Source of the DNA: Ginglymostoma cirratum | Lineage: Eukaryota | Direction: 5' to 3' | DNA: 64,000 bases | Assembly: GCA_024137785.1 (NCBI GenBank) | Contig: JAHRHZ010000035.1 | Location: forward strand, 13,615,010-13,679,009 | Program-made: the position numbers and the translations under genes | The notes under the pieces: model-generated | Databases searched by the model: none | What the model saw: the letters and a program-made list of their open reading frames with translations, nothing else | Told to the model about the DNA's origin: nothing | Part shown: piece after piece, positions 50,661-64,000 of the stretch | Layout of the letters: each line of letters starts with the position of its first letter | Numbering within the stretch: the first letter of the stretch is position 1

Positions 50661-51420
50661 ATTTTCCTATCATTTTTCACCAGCCTGTCTCTCCAAGGAA
50701 ATCTTTATCCTGCGCTCTTTGGAAACTCAAACCAACTTTTTTTTTCCTGGAATGTTCTCAAATCTCATTCGTGTGCTTGGCGTTTCCTGAATTACATTGC
50801 CACTATTGTGTTGATACACAAAGTTACTTAAGCCTTCGCACAATAGCGAATGAACTGCAGTCTGATGTGTCATTCAATCTGTCTGCTTCAGTCTAAAAGC
50901 CAACAAACTTAAAGCTGTCTTAGAAAAATTGGGCTGGATATTCTGAGGAGTGGCAATTCCACTCAAAATTGTCACTCCACTCATTTTTTTTTCTCTCTGT
51001 TAAGAACAAGTTCCAGATTTCTGACAGAAGGTTCTGATTGGGATTCCATCAGAAATGTTGAGCTTACTTTAAATCTGACAGGTCCTTTGTAGTGTAGATT
51101 AGTCAGGGCAAGGCAAACCATGCCCACATTTTCACAGCAGTCAGAGTCTATGTTCTGTGATTTAAATGTCCAGCATCACAAGCACGTTGACAGCTCCTGT
51201 GAAAGAGTAAATGCAAAAGATTAAGGGTGTTAGGTTAAAGTGCAAGGTAGGAAGGAGTGATAGAGTGTTTCAAGTAGTTGGCATACACAGAAGATACCAG
51301 ATCTGGTGGGGTAGGGTTGTCAGATGGGGTAGGGTTATCTGGTTGTCAGATCCTGAGGGGAGATATTGGATCCAGAGATAGGGATGGGGATGGGAGCTTC
51401 TGTTGCTGGTTGCTAACGGT

Positions 51421-51688
51421 ATCATAGAATCTCTACAGTGTGGAAGCAGGCCATTCGGCCATCAGGTCTCACTGAACCTCAAAAGAACATCCCACCTGGA
51501 CCTACCCCATCCCTGTAACCCTGCATTTCCCATTGCCAATGCACCTAATCTGCACATCTTTGGACTGTGGGAGGAAACCCATGGAGACCCGGGAAGAATA
51601 TGCAAACTCCTCGCAGATAGTCACCTGAGGGTGGAATCGAACACAGGTTCGTGGCACTGTGAGGCAGCAGTGCTAACCGCTGTGCCAT
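51421..51688 (-). mobile_element. HE1-type V-SINE
   Basis: Homologous to 35702-36000 (CTGCACATCTTTGGACTGTGGGAGGAAAC..GAGGCAGCAGTGCTAACC). Confidence 0.88.
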
Positions 51689-52309
51689 GGTAGTGGAGTA
51701 CGTTGTGTCCTGGATGGAGAAAGGAGGTAGCAGGTCCAGTGGCAGGTGGAAGGTGGTGACATCGGTTCCTGAAGTTAATTGGGGTGTATCCCGGCTAGAA
51801 ACAGGGCATGTTATGTCTCAGACAACTGTATTGGTGGGTTGTGCAGTGGCCCAGGCAGCGATGCAGGTGTCGTGTTCCAAGAGAAGAGGGGGTTTGTTGA
51901 CTCCTGGGTACAGATGGGCTAATGACATGTCCTGTGGGAAGAGGAGAGTATTGAGTCCTGGGTGGTGTTGAGGGGGGGTGCAGGTGGTGAAGAGGGGGTG
52001 TTATATCCTAGGGTGACAGGGGGTGTCAGGTCCTGGGCAGAGGGAGGGGGGTGGTTTCGAATCCTGTGCAGAATGTTGGGCTGTTGCATTCCAGAGGCAG
52101 AGGCAGCTGTACAGTCAGATTCTTGGGCTGTAGTTGATCTGGGGCAGCTGTAATTGGGGAAGTGATCAATAATTTGGGGTCAGTTTAATAGTTACTCAGG
52201 AATTAGAGGAGGCATTAAATAGTCTTGTGTTTTCTGAGTGACCATTTACTTAATCGCAGCAGAAGGATCCAAATTCTCTGATTCAAACATACACATTTGG
52301 TGGGTTCCA

Positions 52310-54560
52310 TAGAAATTTACAAAAGGGGCCATTCAGCCCATCATGTTCAAAGCAGTCAGCAATGATCTAACTACACTTATCCTATTTTCTAGGCTTTAGG
52401 CCGATAGCTTTGGATGCCATGGCAATGCAAATAATTATCTAAACCCTGCTTAAATGTTACAAGAGTTTCTGACTCAACCACTCTTTCAGGCAGTAAGTTC
52501 CAGTCTCTCACCACCCTCTGGATGAAAAATAATTCATCTCTCTTACCCTTCTCACACTTACCTTAAAAGTTTGCCTCCTCTTTGTTAACCATTTTACTAA
52601 TGGAAATGTGCCTCCCCATCTACCCTATCTATGCCCCTCATAATCATATACACACTTATCAGCTCTCATTCAACCTTTGTTGTTCCATGGAATACAACCT
52701 TCGCCTATACAATCTTTCCTCATAGCTCAGACCCTCCATCCCAGGAAACATTCTCTGCACCATCTCTAGTACAATCACAACCCTCCCTATAATGTGGTGA
52801 CTCGACCTGTCCATAGTTTTCCAATTGTGGCCCAGCTAGCTTTTGAACTAATTTCCAGCAGAACCTCCCTGCTCTTGTATTTTGTGTCTCAGCTAATGAG
52901 GCAAATATCCCATATGCCTCCTTAACTACCTCATCTACCTGCTCTGCCACCTCTAGAGAGCTCTGGATATACACACCAATGTCCATCAGATCTCCAGTAG
53001 TTTCCAGGATCCTTTCTTTCAAAGTGTAATCCTTTGCCTTTTTAGCCATTCCCAAGTTGGATTACTTTACACTTTTCAGAGTTGAATTCCATTTGTCACT
53101 GTTCAGCTCACTTGACCAGTCCGTTGCTATCCTCCTGCAGCTCATGGCTATCCTCGTATCTATTTACCATCCTACCAAATTTTGTTTCATCTGTGACGCT
53201 CTTGATCACTCATAAAGTGCAGAGAGAAACTTAAAGAAGGAGGTCCAAATCACTAATGTGCACCACAAACAGCAAAGGGCCCCAGAACATAGCCCTGCAG
53301 AACCTCACTAGAGACAGACTTCCAATCGCAGAAATATCTCCCTACCATCACCATCCGCTTCCTTCCTAGCAGCCTATTTTGGATCCAATGTGCCACATTG
53401 TCTTTGATCCCACATGGGCTTGTTACAAACATTGAGGAATATGCTCACATCCTCTCAGTCCACACAGTCATGACCTCTACGGTCTCACATGACTCTTTCC
53501 CTTGTTAGTTCCTTGCTTTTATATATTTTTTAAAATCCTTTGGATTTTAATTTATTCAAACCATCGATGCTTTCTCATGCATTTTCTTTGCTTTCATAAT
53601 CTCCTTCTTTAAGTTTCCCTCTGCACTTTATATACTCCTCTAGGTTGTATTTAGCTGTCAGTATTTGTGATAAGCTTCTCTCTTTTTCTTGATTCTAACC
53701 TTTATATTTTTGACATCCCGGGTTCTCTGGTCTTCATCTCATCCATTGCCTTTATGAGAGCTTACTTGCCCTATGCTTTCATTATTTCCTTCTTGAAAGC
53801 CTCCCACTGCTCTCATAGTTTTATCTGCAAACAGATGCCTTCAGTCCATTTCATAAATTAAGTCTTTTCCCACTTTGAAAATTTTATTCTTGGCCCATGC
53901 TTATCCTTTTCCATAAGGATTCTAAATCTAACTAAGTTTGATCACGGTCTCCAAAGTGTTCCTCTGCTGATAAGCCTTCAACCTGCCTGCTCTTACTTCT
54001 GAGAATTAGGTCCTACAAATCCCTCCCTTGTTGGGCTTTTTGTGTACTGACTGTAAAAGTTCTCCTGGGTGTAGCTTAAGACTTTTGTTCTCCCTCTAGC
54101 TCGCACAGTAAAACTCTCCCAGTTAATATTTGTGTAATTAAAATCGCATATTTTAAAATTGCTGCTTTATCGTTCTTACACATGTTTTGATTGTATATTT
54201 AATCTTGTATCTCTCCCTGATTCTTTGGGAGCCTGTAGCATACACCCAAAGCACATTTGCTGCTTTTGTGTTTTTTTCCATCTACCCATAAGACCTCTTA
54301 ATTGACCCTTCCAAGGTAACACCTCTCCTCGCTGCTATAATTAAATCCTTGATCAATGTAGTAAACCACACCCCTTCCTCTTCTATCCTCCTCGCTACCT
54401 CATTTGAATACTCTATAACCAAGACTATTTAGCTGCAAACCTTGCCTATCTTTCAGCCAAGTCTCACATATAACTATGCTGTATATATCTACCTGTTCCT
54501 TCAACTCATCTATCTTATTCCTCAGGCTTCTCGCATTAAAATATATTCCAGTTAGTATTT
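52310..54560 (-). mobile_element. Decayed CR1 LINE with internal deletions
   Basis: CR1 tail at about 52310-52345; minus ORF 52720-53055 SLEVAEQVDEVVKEAYG; endonuclease-region remnants (GDFN-like near 54130) toward 54560. Confidence 0.85.
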
Positions 54561-55913
54561 CTAAACTTGCTTCTTTCTAGACTAGTCTATATAGTATTTG
54601 CTTCCAGAATCACTTGCTCATGTTTTAACTTCTGTTCCCCACAGCACCTCAATATGCATTTTCCACCTATATTGCAGAAATGACTGTCTGGCCATTGGGA
54701 AATCCACACTTTTGACTCATTAGCACGTTATAAACAAAAGTAATCAAATTTTGATATTACTTCAAAACTATTTCTTAATGAAACAAAAGGATCTGTTTAA
54801 AACAGCTATAAATTGTTTAACGTTGCTTAAAAACTAGAACTGGGATGGCAGACAATGGATCCAGTGAATAAAGTATCATTTCATCCCCTGATGATTAAGT
54901 TCATATGGATACCATTTGGTCCTCCTTTGCCAATTCGCCAAAAGAGGCCCATTGCTTTCGAATTTGCCATCAGTTTGAAATCTATACACTGTTGACTTAC
55001 TTCCATATAATAACCTGAAATGTAGACCTGGAAATTTCCTTCAGGACAGATAACTGAATTAGCCTCTTACCAAGGCTGAAGTGTCCAAGGCTTTTTTGTC
55101 CTTTCTTAGAATTCTCTGATGATTCTTTGTTACTGAGTATTCCTCTTCTGTCTCAGTGACTGAAATTACATGCAATCCTCAAGATGCAATCTAACTGGAG
55201 TACTGAGCTTCATGACAATCTCTGATTTACAACATACTGATTTAGCAATATAATACACCAATCATTTCACTACTTTGATTACTGCTGCACAATGGCGAGT
55301 CATGTTAAGTGCAGTCCGCTAACATCCTTAGACCTTTTACAAAATTACTCATAGGTGTTAAAACTATTCACTCTTTTGCCCATAATTCTTTTCCATTTAG
55401 TCAGGTTCATTTTCTCTCCATCATTTTATTGCTGTTTGTGAACTGAACTAATTCATATTGACTTTCTCAATCCAATTTATTGCTGTCAATAAAGATTTCC
55501 GGCACCAATCATTTAAGCACTCCACTCAGTTTTTCCCTCAACTTGATTTTAATCTCTAACGAGCACGCTGTTGCTTAATTTCTTTCAACCATCTCACTTT
55601 GACCAATATCACAGTTTCACTTTGAAATCCCAAAATTTTAAGTTTGTGCAGTACCTTTCTATCAGAAGTTTTACCAGGAGGTTTTCTGGAAGTCCAGGTA
55701 AATTCCATCATGATGTTTTACACGTCAATATAGGCCTCCACTTTCTCACTAAAACATCAAGGAAGCAACTTAGTCAGACAAGTACCCTTCTAAATTCATA
55801 TGAGATACTTGTTACTCATTGGCCTAACTGTTGATGGAAGACTAATTGATGTATAATTTCTGTGATGTGTTTTGTCCACTTTCTTGATTATAACTGCTAT
55901 TTTCATAAAATTG

Positions 55914-56223
55914 CTACAGAGTGGAAACAGGCCCTTCAGCCCAACAACTCCACACTGACCCTCAGAGCATCCCACTCAGACCCATTCCCTTATGACCTGC
56001 CTAACATACACACCCCTGAACACAATGGGCAATTTAGCATGGCCAATCCACCTAGGCTGCACATCTTTGGGCTGTGGGAGGAAACCAGAGCACCCAGAGG
56101 AAACCCACACAGACACGGGGAGAATGTGCAGACTCCACACATACAGTTGCCAAGGGTGGAATTGAACCCGGGCCCCTGGTGCTGTGAGGCAGCAGTGCTA
56201 ACCACTGAGCCACCGTGCCGCCA
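55914..56223 (-). mobile_element. HE1-type V-SINE (well preserved)
   Basis: Minus strand GGCGGCACGGTGGCTCAGTGGTTAGCACTGCTGCCTCACAGC..GGGTTCAATTCC. Confidence 0.92.
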
Positions 56224-57074
56224 CTTTAGTTTGTTTAGTACAACTTTTACTGACCACTACATGATTCTCCCTTATACATGTCCATATTTCTGTTAAGATC
56301 CGGGGGGGTGGGGGGTGGTGCTAAGCACTATTTGATTCTTGGATCTGGTTTTGGCATCTTAGAATTTTCCAGCTCAGGAAAAAGCCATCTAGACTATCAC
56401 ATTTGTGAAAGGTTTCTGAACAAATTGTTCTATTTGGATCAGAGTCTGTGCTTACAATCTAATTGAAGCCTGGGTTTCAAGGTCCTTGAGTTGTCATTAA
56501 TTGACCATTTAAGAGCCTCAATTGACAGCAAGTTGACAGAGTCAAGCTTGGGCATCCTTGCCCAGAATTTAATACCATTGGAGGTAGGAAGGCAGTGGGG
56601 TTCTGGTACTTCAAGTTCTTGCTTGCTACCTCCAAGACCTGAAGATTCTGCCATTAGATCCATCTGATGTGTTCTTCAAAACATTGACATAAAATATTCA
56701 TGCACCTTTAAAAAAACAAAGCATTATGTCTTTTGCTTTTCCAATTGTTCTCTGTACAACATTTTAGGCTAACAATATGCTGTGGTATGGTTTTGGTTGC
56801 AGAGGTTGCTGTTTTCCAGCTACTACATCCCTGGTCAGCCTGGCATATGGAATAAAACTTGCTACCACCTCCACACTTAACTGATAATATCAGTGGAGAA
56901 GCATGACCTGTATGATTAGTGTGCTTTAATAAACCAGGAACAACCAAACTGCTCTTCTTTAATGCAATCTGAACATCTTCAAGGGAAGCTATACCGAGTC
57001 AGAGGTGATTGCAGTTGACTGCTATTACTGCAATTATAGACAAACAAATTGGAACACCAAGGAAGACAAAGGGT

Positions 57075-57260
57075 TGCATGTCATTGCCCCACTGGAGGCC
57101 TTAGTGTTAGGGGTGGATAGGATGACAAACTCAGTGTTTTTATGGGGGTAGGGGGTAGGGTTCCTCAAGGACCATGTTCTTGACGAAATGAAGGCACATG
57201 AGTCTGAGGACCTGTGCCGAAAGAAGTTTCATGACATCACATAGGTTGGCAATGTTAGTG
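57075..57260 (+). pseudogene. Probable PIF/Harbinger Myb/SANT-like ORF remnant
   Basis: LEALVLGVDR from 57092; RT followed by CRKKFHDIT from 57215; frames broken. Confidence 0.45.
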
Positions 57261-60200
57261 AACGCATTTACACATGACACCTTATAACTATGGCACCAAC
57301 TAACCTCTCAGACTGGTGAGTGCATCACAACTGCTCATCTGATCCAGTAACAATCTGACATTCTGGGACTTTCAGAAAAAGTGCATATGTTAAAATGTGC
57401 AGGAAGAGCTTTTAATTGAATTCAGGGGTGAAGGTATCTAAGGCAAAGCCTGACAGTATAAGAAACTGTCTGAAAGGCAGAAATAAATGATTTCTTGCTC
57501 AAGGAGCTATGACTAAGTTACAGAAAATACAGAATGGGTGACCTGAGGCATTAGGGCTGCAGCTATTTCTGACATACATGATGGATTCAGAAACTTAAAC
57601 TTGTTCACGCATGATCCCCAAACTAAAAAGGGGTAAGAGAATCAGAAGAGGGAGCTCAGAAATTATGAAGGGGTCAGCTCTTCCCCCTCTTCCTAATAAG
57701 GCACATCAAATGTGTTACATTTATTTACTAAGTGGCATCCTCCAGCAGCGCCCCTAAAAAAACCTGTCAGCTTAACTGTTGTGCACCTAAATGAACAGAA
57801 CACAGGGCATGTGTTGGATCTTCCAGTCACGTGACATCTCATTTGGAAAAAAGTGCCTGTAACTAGTGATTGGCCCCAAGTTTACATTTATAATAAACCC
57901 CTCACCAATTCCAACTAAGTGCCTAGGACATTACTATTCGTCCTTATCCTATGGTAAGTGGTATAACTTCAGTGCAGAATGAAAACTTCACAAGCCACTT
58001 GTAGTATTGGCCACTTGGCAGACTGTAATGTAACTGTTTATTGATTCCAACCTTCCAGGCTCACACTGTTTATAAAATCCTACAAGATTAAGTCCTCTTT
58101 GTGTTGCATTCACCTGAACGCAAGAGAATTGAGATCACACTCTGAGCCCCTACTACCCTTGAAATAAATTCTGAGGTAAACTCTGATGAGGGCTTTCTGC
58201 TCCCTGCCTCTTGAATTCTCATTCCTATTTGCAGTCCTATGATCTGTGAAGATTCTTCTCACACTAAATTTAAATTCCCATTGATTGTCTTGTTTGGTGC
58301 TCATTATGTGCTGCTTTTCATAGCAATAGGAGAATATTTAGTGAAAGGAATGCGGCTGATGAGTACAATTCTTATCTGCCGCATGTTGGCATGCATACCA
58401 TTCTTATCAAACTTGTGGCTGCAGGCTCTGTTTAAACAATTGTCCCTCAAGACTGATAGGAACGATTTTAGCAGGCAATGTGAGCTGTTCCAGACATTAG
58501 GACTTAACATTATGTATCACCGTTGCTAGAGGCTGCTGTGAAGCAATCAGTTGTCCTCTTGGCTGGGTATTGGGAAGACACATGGGCTGAGATGTTGAAT
58601 CACATCTGTGTCAGTTCCAAACATGAGAAAAAAGGCATGCTGCTTTTACTTACCTTGTGAGATCATTCAACCTTATTTTTGCGTTGCATGGCAGTATATC
58701 TGGTCATGGAAGCGAGACTGACAGAATAAATCTGGGGCTTGCTCTTGTGAGGGTCAATGAGCTGAATCCCTTTCTGGACTTGCATGCTCATATGGCACCT
58801 GTCAGGTAACACAGGATCCATGTTGTTGCATACCTACTTGACATTACTCTGTCATCACCCTCGGTGCTGCTTCTTCCCAAGAATATTTGGTCCAGTCAAC
58901 ATCAACATTGAAATTGCCTCTGTCCCAGGTTCAAAATCCATCAGAGAGCACTTTCATTGTCATAACCTCACCCCAATTAAACATCAGGTTGAGCACAGGA
59001 AGCTGGAGTGAATTAGTTGTGAAATCTTGTGGCTAGGGCCTAGTAGCCTAGGCCCTGACTTAGGCCTAACAATGGGAGGAGAAATGAGCCTTTGCTTCCA
59101 ACAGTCAGGAAGCTGGATAGATGAAGAGCTTATTACCTGATCACACAGTAAAATTAATAAGTAACTATATTTCTGGCGTTTGATATGTCTTTCACTCAGG
59201 AAGACTGATCTACTGTGGCAACGTATACATTGTAGACTTGAGCTTTGGCTAATGATATTATTGCATTAGGTTTAAAACATCATACAGTTGACCAGGAATC
59301 TCTCCCACTTTTATCACTTGCCTTTGGCGTAATTTGCAGATTGACGATGGCCCTACTTGGCTATGTTATGAACATGCATTTCTCTGGCCATCAAGCCATG
59401 GGACAGGATGGAAACTGGCTCAAAGGTAGGGGCACTACCATCAGTCCACAAATCCCTGCTTACTTAAAACGTCAAAAAAAAGTTAGAGGTATTGTGTAAG
59501 GTAGCCCAATAAATAATACGTAGGATGTGTTGCTCAATTCAGCATGTTAGCTTGAGTGGAACTGTTAGTGTAGCACAGAGTTATATTGGCTAATGTTTCA
59601 CTGAAATTTGTAATCACAAGAGCAGGTGCATTTCATAGTAATCATGCTAGTTGACATTGTTTAGGTTTCAATTGTGGATTCATAAACAATGTACTTCAAA
59701 ATCTGGAAAAGTAAACATCTGTATACACTCCCTTATAGTTTATAATCAATCAAATAACAAGAAAGAGCTGTTTCTGTAGTTAGCTGAGGGCATTGTACCT
59801 GTGGGAATACTATTGTTTTTCTAATTCACTCGAGTGTTGCTGCTTTTGGAAAAAGGCAGAAGAAGAATTAAATCATCAACTGAGGTCATCATTTTATAAG
59901 TAAATAGATCTGTAGTAATCTGTTTAGCATTTCCAAGCATGTTGACACGCTTTCTAGGAATCTATTATATCCATTTAGGTTATTTCTACAATAATAGCTG
60001 CAGGTCATTTGTCTGAAAGTAATTTTGGATCAAGACTCATCCTTTATGGACTGAAATTCCTCTTAATCGCCAGAATTTTTCGAAAGGTCAGCGAATTCCT
60101 TGAAATCTCACACTGTATATTTTGAACTCTGGCAAATTTGGTTCCTGTGTTTCAAAAAAAGTCTCTGCAAGTGTTTTATTTCTTCAGACTTTTTAAAAAC

Positions 60201-60534
60201 AGATTCTCAAGTAGTGTGAGCCACATTATTTTCAAAGGCATTAGACCTTCTTTGCCATCCATGCTATTTTTCTTTCCTTGATAAGTTGTATTAATCACAG
60301 GCCATTCCACATATCATGCATTTTAGACTATGCTGTGGACACCGCAGTCCGAGTAATGTTGGATTTGTCAAGCGTCATAAGTTGAAACTGCACTTAAGAA
60401 TCAAAGGCACTGTTCTACATCCACATCTACACTAATTTAACATGGAAGATCTGTCACAACCCAAATATGGGTTTTTTTAAAAGAGTTTTCAAGAGTTTTC
60501 TATATCTGTACACCTCCATTTGTTGATGACTGAA

Positions 60535-60980
60535 GGTTGACATCATCCAAGTCAAAACAGCTTGCTATACCAGCAGCTCATTCACCATACCAAACATTCA
60601 CTTACTCTACTGCTGGCACACAATAGCAGTTGTGTACAACATCTACAAGATGCATTGCAGTGATTCATCATGGTTCCTTCCACAATATCTTCCAAACCCA
60701 TGATCTCAACCATCTGAAAGAACAAGGCTGCAGCCATATGGGAACACGACCAACTGTATTCACCAGGTCACTAACACCCTGAGCTGAACTTTTCACCACT
60801 CTTCATCATCTCGGATTCAAAATCGTGGAAGGTCCTGGATGTATTTCTATCAGATAAACTACAGCACTTCAAGAAGGCCGATCACCACAACCTTCTCAAA
60901 TGCATTTAGGAATGGATGGGTAAGTAATATGTGCTGGCCTTCCCAGCAACGCTCACATCCCATGCATAAACAAAAACAAA
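60535..60980 (+). mobile_element. 3' end of the second CR1-group LINE family
   Basis: AAACATTCAC..CATCTACAAGATGCA..TTCAAGAAGGC..CCTTCTCAA..TGCTGGCCT..CACATCCCATG and an A-rich tail; tail shared with the SINEs at 15490-15560 and 42195. Confidence 0.78.
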
Positions 60981-61864
60981 GGGCACACTTTTATGTATTT
61001 TGGTGACTCTACAAAAGCAGGAATGATGAAGAAATCACAAATTGAAACTTTATTTGTAGATGGAAACAACCGCTTTGACTTAAACAACAAAGCATTTTTA
61101 GTTTTGGAACATAACATCGATCTTTTGAGCAATCATTTGTTCTGTTCCAGAGCATGAGAGGTAAAGCACTCAATTATGTATATGCATATAAATACATGAT
61201 GTGTGGCAAGAAGGATGCTTGAAATTGTTGAAAAAATTTAAGTCTGGATGTGGGTTCATATGTATCAAATGATAAACATCTCTACTCTTTACACTGTTCC
61301 ATACAAACATTTGTCAAGCTGTGGACCAGCTAATATTTTCTCAACATGTCAAGAACAATGCCATTATGATTGATTTATGCAACAAAATCCAACATTGAGT
61401 CCATTCCCTTTCCCTACATACCCAAGTACAACCAGAGTGTGCTGCTTAGTTGATATGGGACTGTCAGGGATCAACACTGTAGAGGAAGCTTTACTCCATA
61501 TTTACTCAAGCTCCATTACTTAACATCTTCATCCTTGTGCACAGCTCACTCATCCCTACATTGACATACTCTACAGTCCAGAAGTGGTGCTTATGCCTTG
61601 TGTTTCTCCATCTTTCCTCTACACTCTACTCTCCCATCTCTTCATATGGCCCCTGTGCATTTGTCTATTTAGCTCCACACTCTGGAAATCTCTTTCTAAC
61701 TGCTGTGCCTTGTTTGAAGCATGCTGAAACATCCCCTAATTCCTCACCAACTCCATCCTGAGTCCCAGTCTGAACTTTAAAGAATCCTGTGAAGTTTCGC
61801 AACGTGAAGGGCATTACGTCAACACAATCTGCTGAAAATTAGTCAAGTTTTCAAATGGGGTTAA

Positions 61865-62082
61865 TGAAATAACTCCATAGAAACCAGTATCTCATCACCA
61901 AGTCACCCTTAACTTACACACGGAGAATCCCTGACACTGATCCAGCTCTTTCAGAGCCAGCTCTCTGAGTAAACAGGATCTTATCTATCAGGCAGAGCTC
62001 CCTGATTGGACCGGATAACAGCCCAATCAGGGAACCCATATTCTATGAGGTCCACCTGGCTGACCTTGCTACAATCACCACA
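61865..62082 (-). mobile_element. Gypsy solo LTR
   Basis: Reverse-complement homologue of 2226-2462; TSD GTTAA/GGTAA. Confidence 0.9.
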
Positions 62083-63660
62083 GGTAAGTCAGTCTCCTTT
62101 GTATTGTTTGCATCTCATTCTAGGCAATAATGAAACATGTTAAAATAATTCAACAGCAAGAAAACGTGTTGTTCATCATTATGCCTGTTAAACAGTATTT
62201 TTTTTAAAGAAAACACATGTGGGAGATTAACTTATTGAAATGTTTTGTTACTCTATTAAGTAGATTGATTTTATATGTAACTTTATACTGTTGTGACTTC
62301 TCCATAGCAAAATATAAGGAATATCAATTCGACAGGTTGTGGCAACTGCCTTTAATGAAAGGTAAACCTTAAGCTAAAATATTGCACTGCATCGGAGAAA
62401 AATAGGCAACTCGTAATTAGCTAATATTTGCATCTGTCACCACCACATTATTTTTCAGGAATCTACTTACAATGCAGCCCAGAGTAAGATGATTAAAAAG
62501 ATGTATGCCTTCATTTGGTTTTGAAGATTCCGAGTTAAACAATTCCTGGAAAGTTTACTCTAGTCTCTAGTGGATTTAAGACCTCAAGAGAAAATGACAA
62601 AGGATTTAAAATGTAATTCTTCTGATTCAGTATGGCTGGAGGGGGTTTGGGAAGTGTCTGGAGAGTGAACACAAGTGCCAGAGGGACTGTGATACTTGAG
62701 AAGGAACCTCAGATTTCAGGAATATGGTAAATGCCTGTCTTTACAATCTGGTCGCTGGCAGTGCATTTGTTTTTACTAAATGACAAATGATTTCCAATAA
62801 CTGACTAAGCTTGATCTTTCTTCGAAACAAATCTTCATTTTCTTTTTATTTTGCATTTGTCAGCCACGTGGGTAGAAAAACCACTACCCAGCTTTCCCCC
62901 AGTGTGCTCTTTAAAGTGAAAGCATCTTTGTCAGATTAATATTTTTAAAAATAAAAAAAACACAACCCAGGTTCAGAAATGATAACATACGTAGCAAGAA
63001 CAAAAAGCAAGTCAATTCCTAAGGTGGTTCGATATAACTCAAGTTTGTGATCTGACAGTTCAACCGTATTTTAAAAGAATCTGGGATTCGGTACAAGAGC
63101 TGAAAGACTGGTGTAATTTGACAGTAATTTAAAAGAATTTGAAAACTGCAGGGGCTAAATAGCAGTGAAGTCTAAAGTAATTCCAGTAGGGACATACTCA
63201 ATGGAATGAATGTCATCTTGACTACTGTGAAAAACACAGCTATGAACCTTACTGTGAACCAACAGGTCTCTAACTGTAATCAAGAATGCTTTAAATTGCG
63301 TAGTACGTGCAGGCATTGGCATTAATCTAATACAGCTCAAAATAAGAGGATTATCAAACAATGCCTATGATCATGTAATGATCTCCAGGTAGCATTTACA
63401 CTGGTGATGGGTGAGATTACCTTGCATCACATTGGCAAGTCAACCTAACCTGCTTCCTGCACCATCTCACGTTGACTGTCAGACTACTATCGTATTTGCC
63501 TTTCTGCCCAGGAAAAAGTGTGCAGATTCATTGGCAGGATAATCCTGATTCAATCTAGAGTCACAACTATAACTGCAACGCAAATCAGAATTATGACAAT
63601 ACAAAAATGTATATGAACTCTTTCCCTTGGCTCTGCTCCCCTCTTGAGTCAAGCCATTCT

Positions 63661-63745
63661 TATGATGCTGCTTGACCTGCTGTGTTCATCCAGCCCCATG
63701 CTTGTTATCTCGGATTCTCCAGCATCTGCAGTACCTTTTAACTAT
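63661..63745 (+). mobile_element. PLE family 1 terminal fragment
   Basis: Nearly identical to 40115-40198 (ATGATGCTGCTTGACCTGCTGTGTTCATCCAGCCCC..CAGCATCTGCAGTACC). Confidence 0.85.
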
Positions 63746-64000
63746 GTAGCTAAATACCTTTTTCTCTCATTGAGTTGAAACAAACAGGCAGGAAAAGTTT
63801 TCCAATCAGCAGCACAAGCAATCCAAACATTCAGTTCTATTCATGCCATAGAATGATATCTAATCACACCGAGATACATTTCTAGTCAAATTCTAAATGT
63901 AGTTAGTGCTGCACAATCATTGTGCTTCAGCACAGGAAGATGAGCTATACAAATATAAATGTATCGCAGACGTTTGGCTTTGTTTGCCACCTGTATCTAT

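Noticed and set aside
54890-54980. Possible C/D-box snoRNA (TGATGA)
   Set aside because: The C box lacks the leading purine, and there is no suitably placed CTGA D box with a terminal stem.
56150-56223. tRNA genes at SINE heads (also ~6811, ~31000, ~35940)
   Set aside because: A and B boxes are followed by SINE bodies and LINE-type tails; no complete cloverleaf is evident.
62632-62727. Candidate exon MAGGGLGSVWRV..
   Set aside because: Weak donor (GTAAAT), unrecognised peptide, no supporting neighbours.

Overview
Eukaryotic, repeat-rich, apparently gene-poor DNA. The repeat families point to a cartilaginous fish, most likely a shark (inference from HE1-type V-SINEs, CR1/HER1-type LINEs, Deu-domain SINEs and GIY-YIG Penelope-like elements). 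No intact host gene is recognisable, so this is probably intergenic DNA or a large intron; there are only weak candidate exons. Contents: many nested, decayed CR1 LINEs; L2-like and one ancient I/Vingi- or RTE-like LINE; two families of Penelope-like elements (PLEs); a Gypsy pol remnant with its 3' LTR and three solo LTRs of the same family; a second Gypsy LTR+gag remnant; a Tigger/pogo-like MITE; a probable Harbinger Myb/SANT remnant; and several SINE families. The most notable structures are (i) at least eight minimal hammerhead-ribozyme motifs in PLE ends, including tiny TSD-flanked or hairpin-forming mini-elements, (ii) a 2.9-kb PLE with a 15-bp TSD and a multi-switch inverted 5' end, and (iii) a non-coding element with a 35-bp VNTR inserted in an HE1 SINE. 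Family names come from motif recognition by eye, not database searches. Boundaries of old repeats are approximate.
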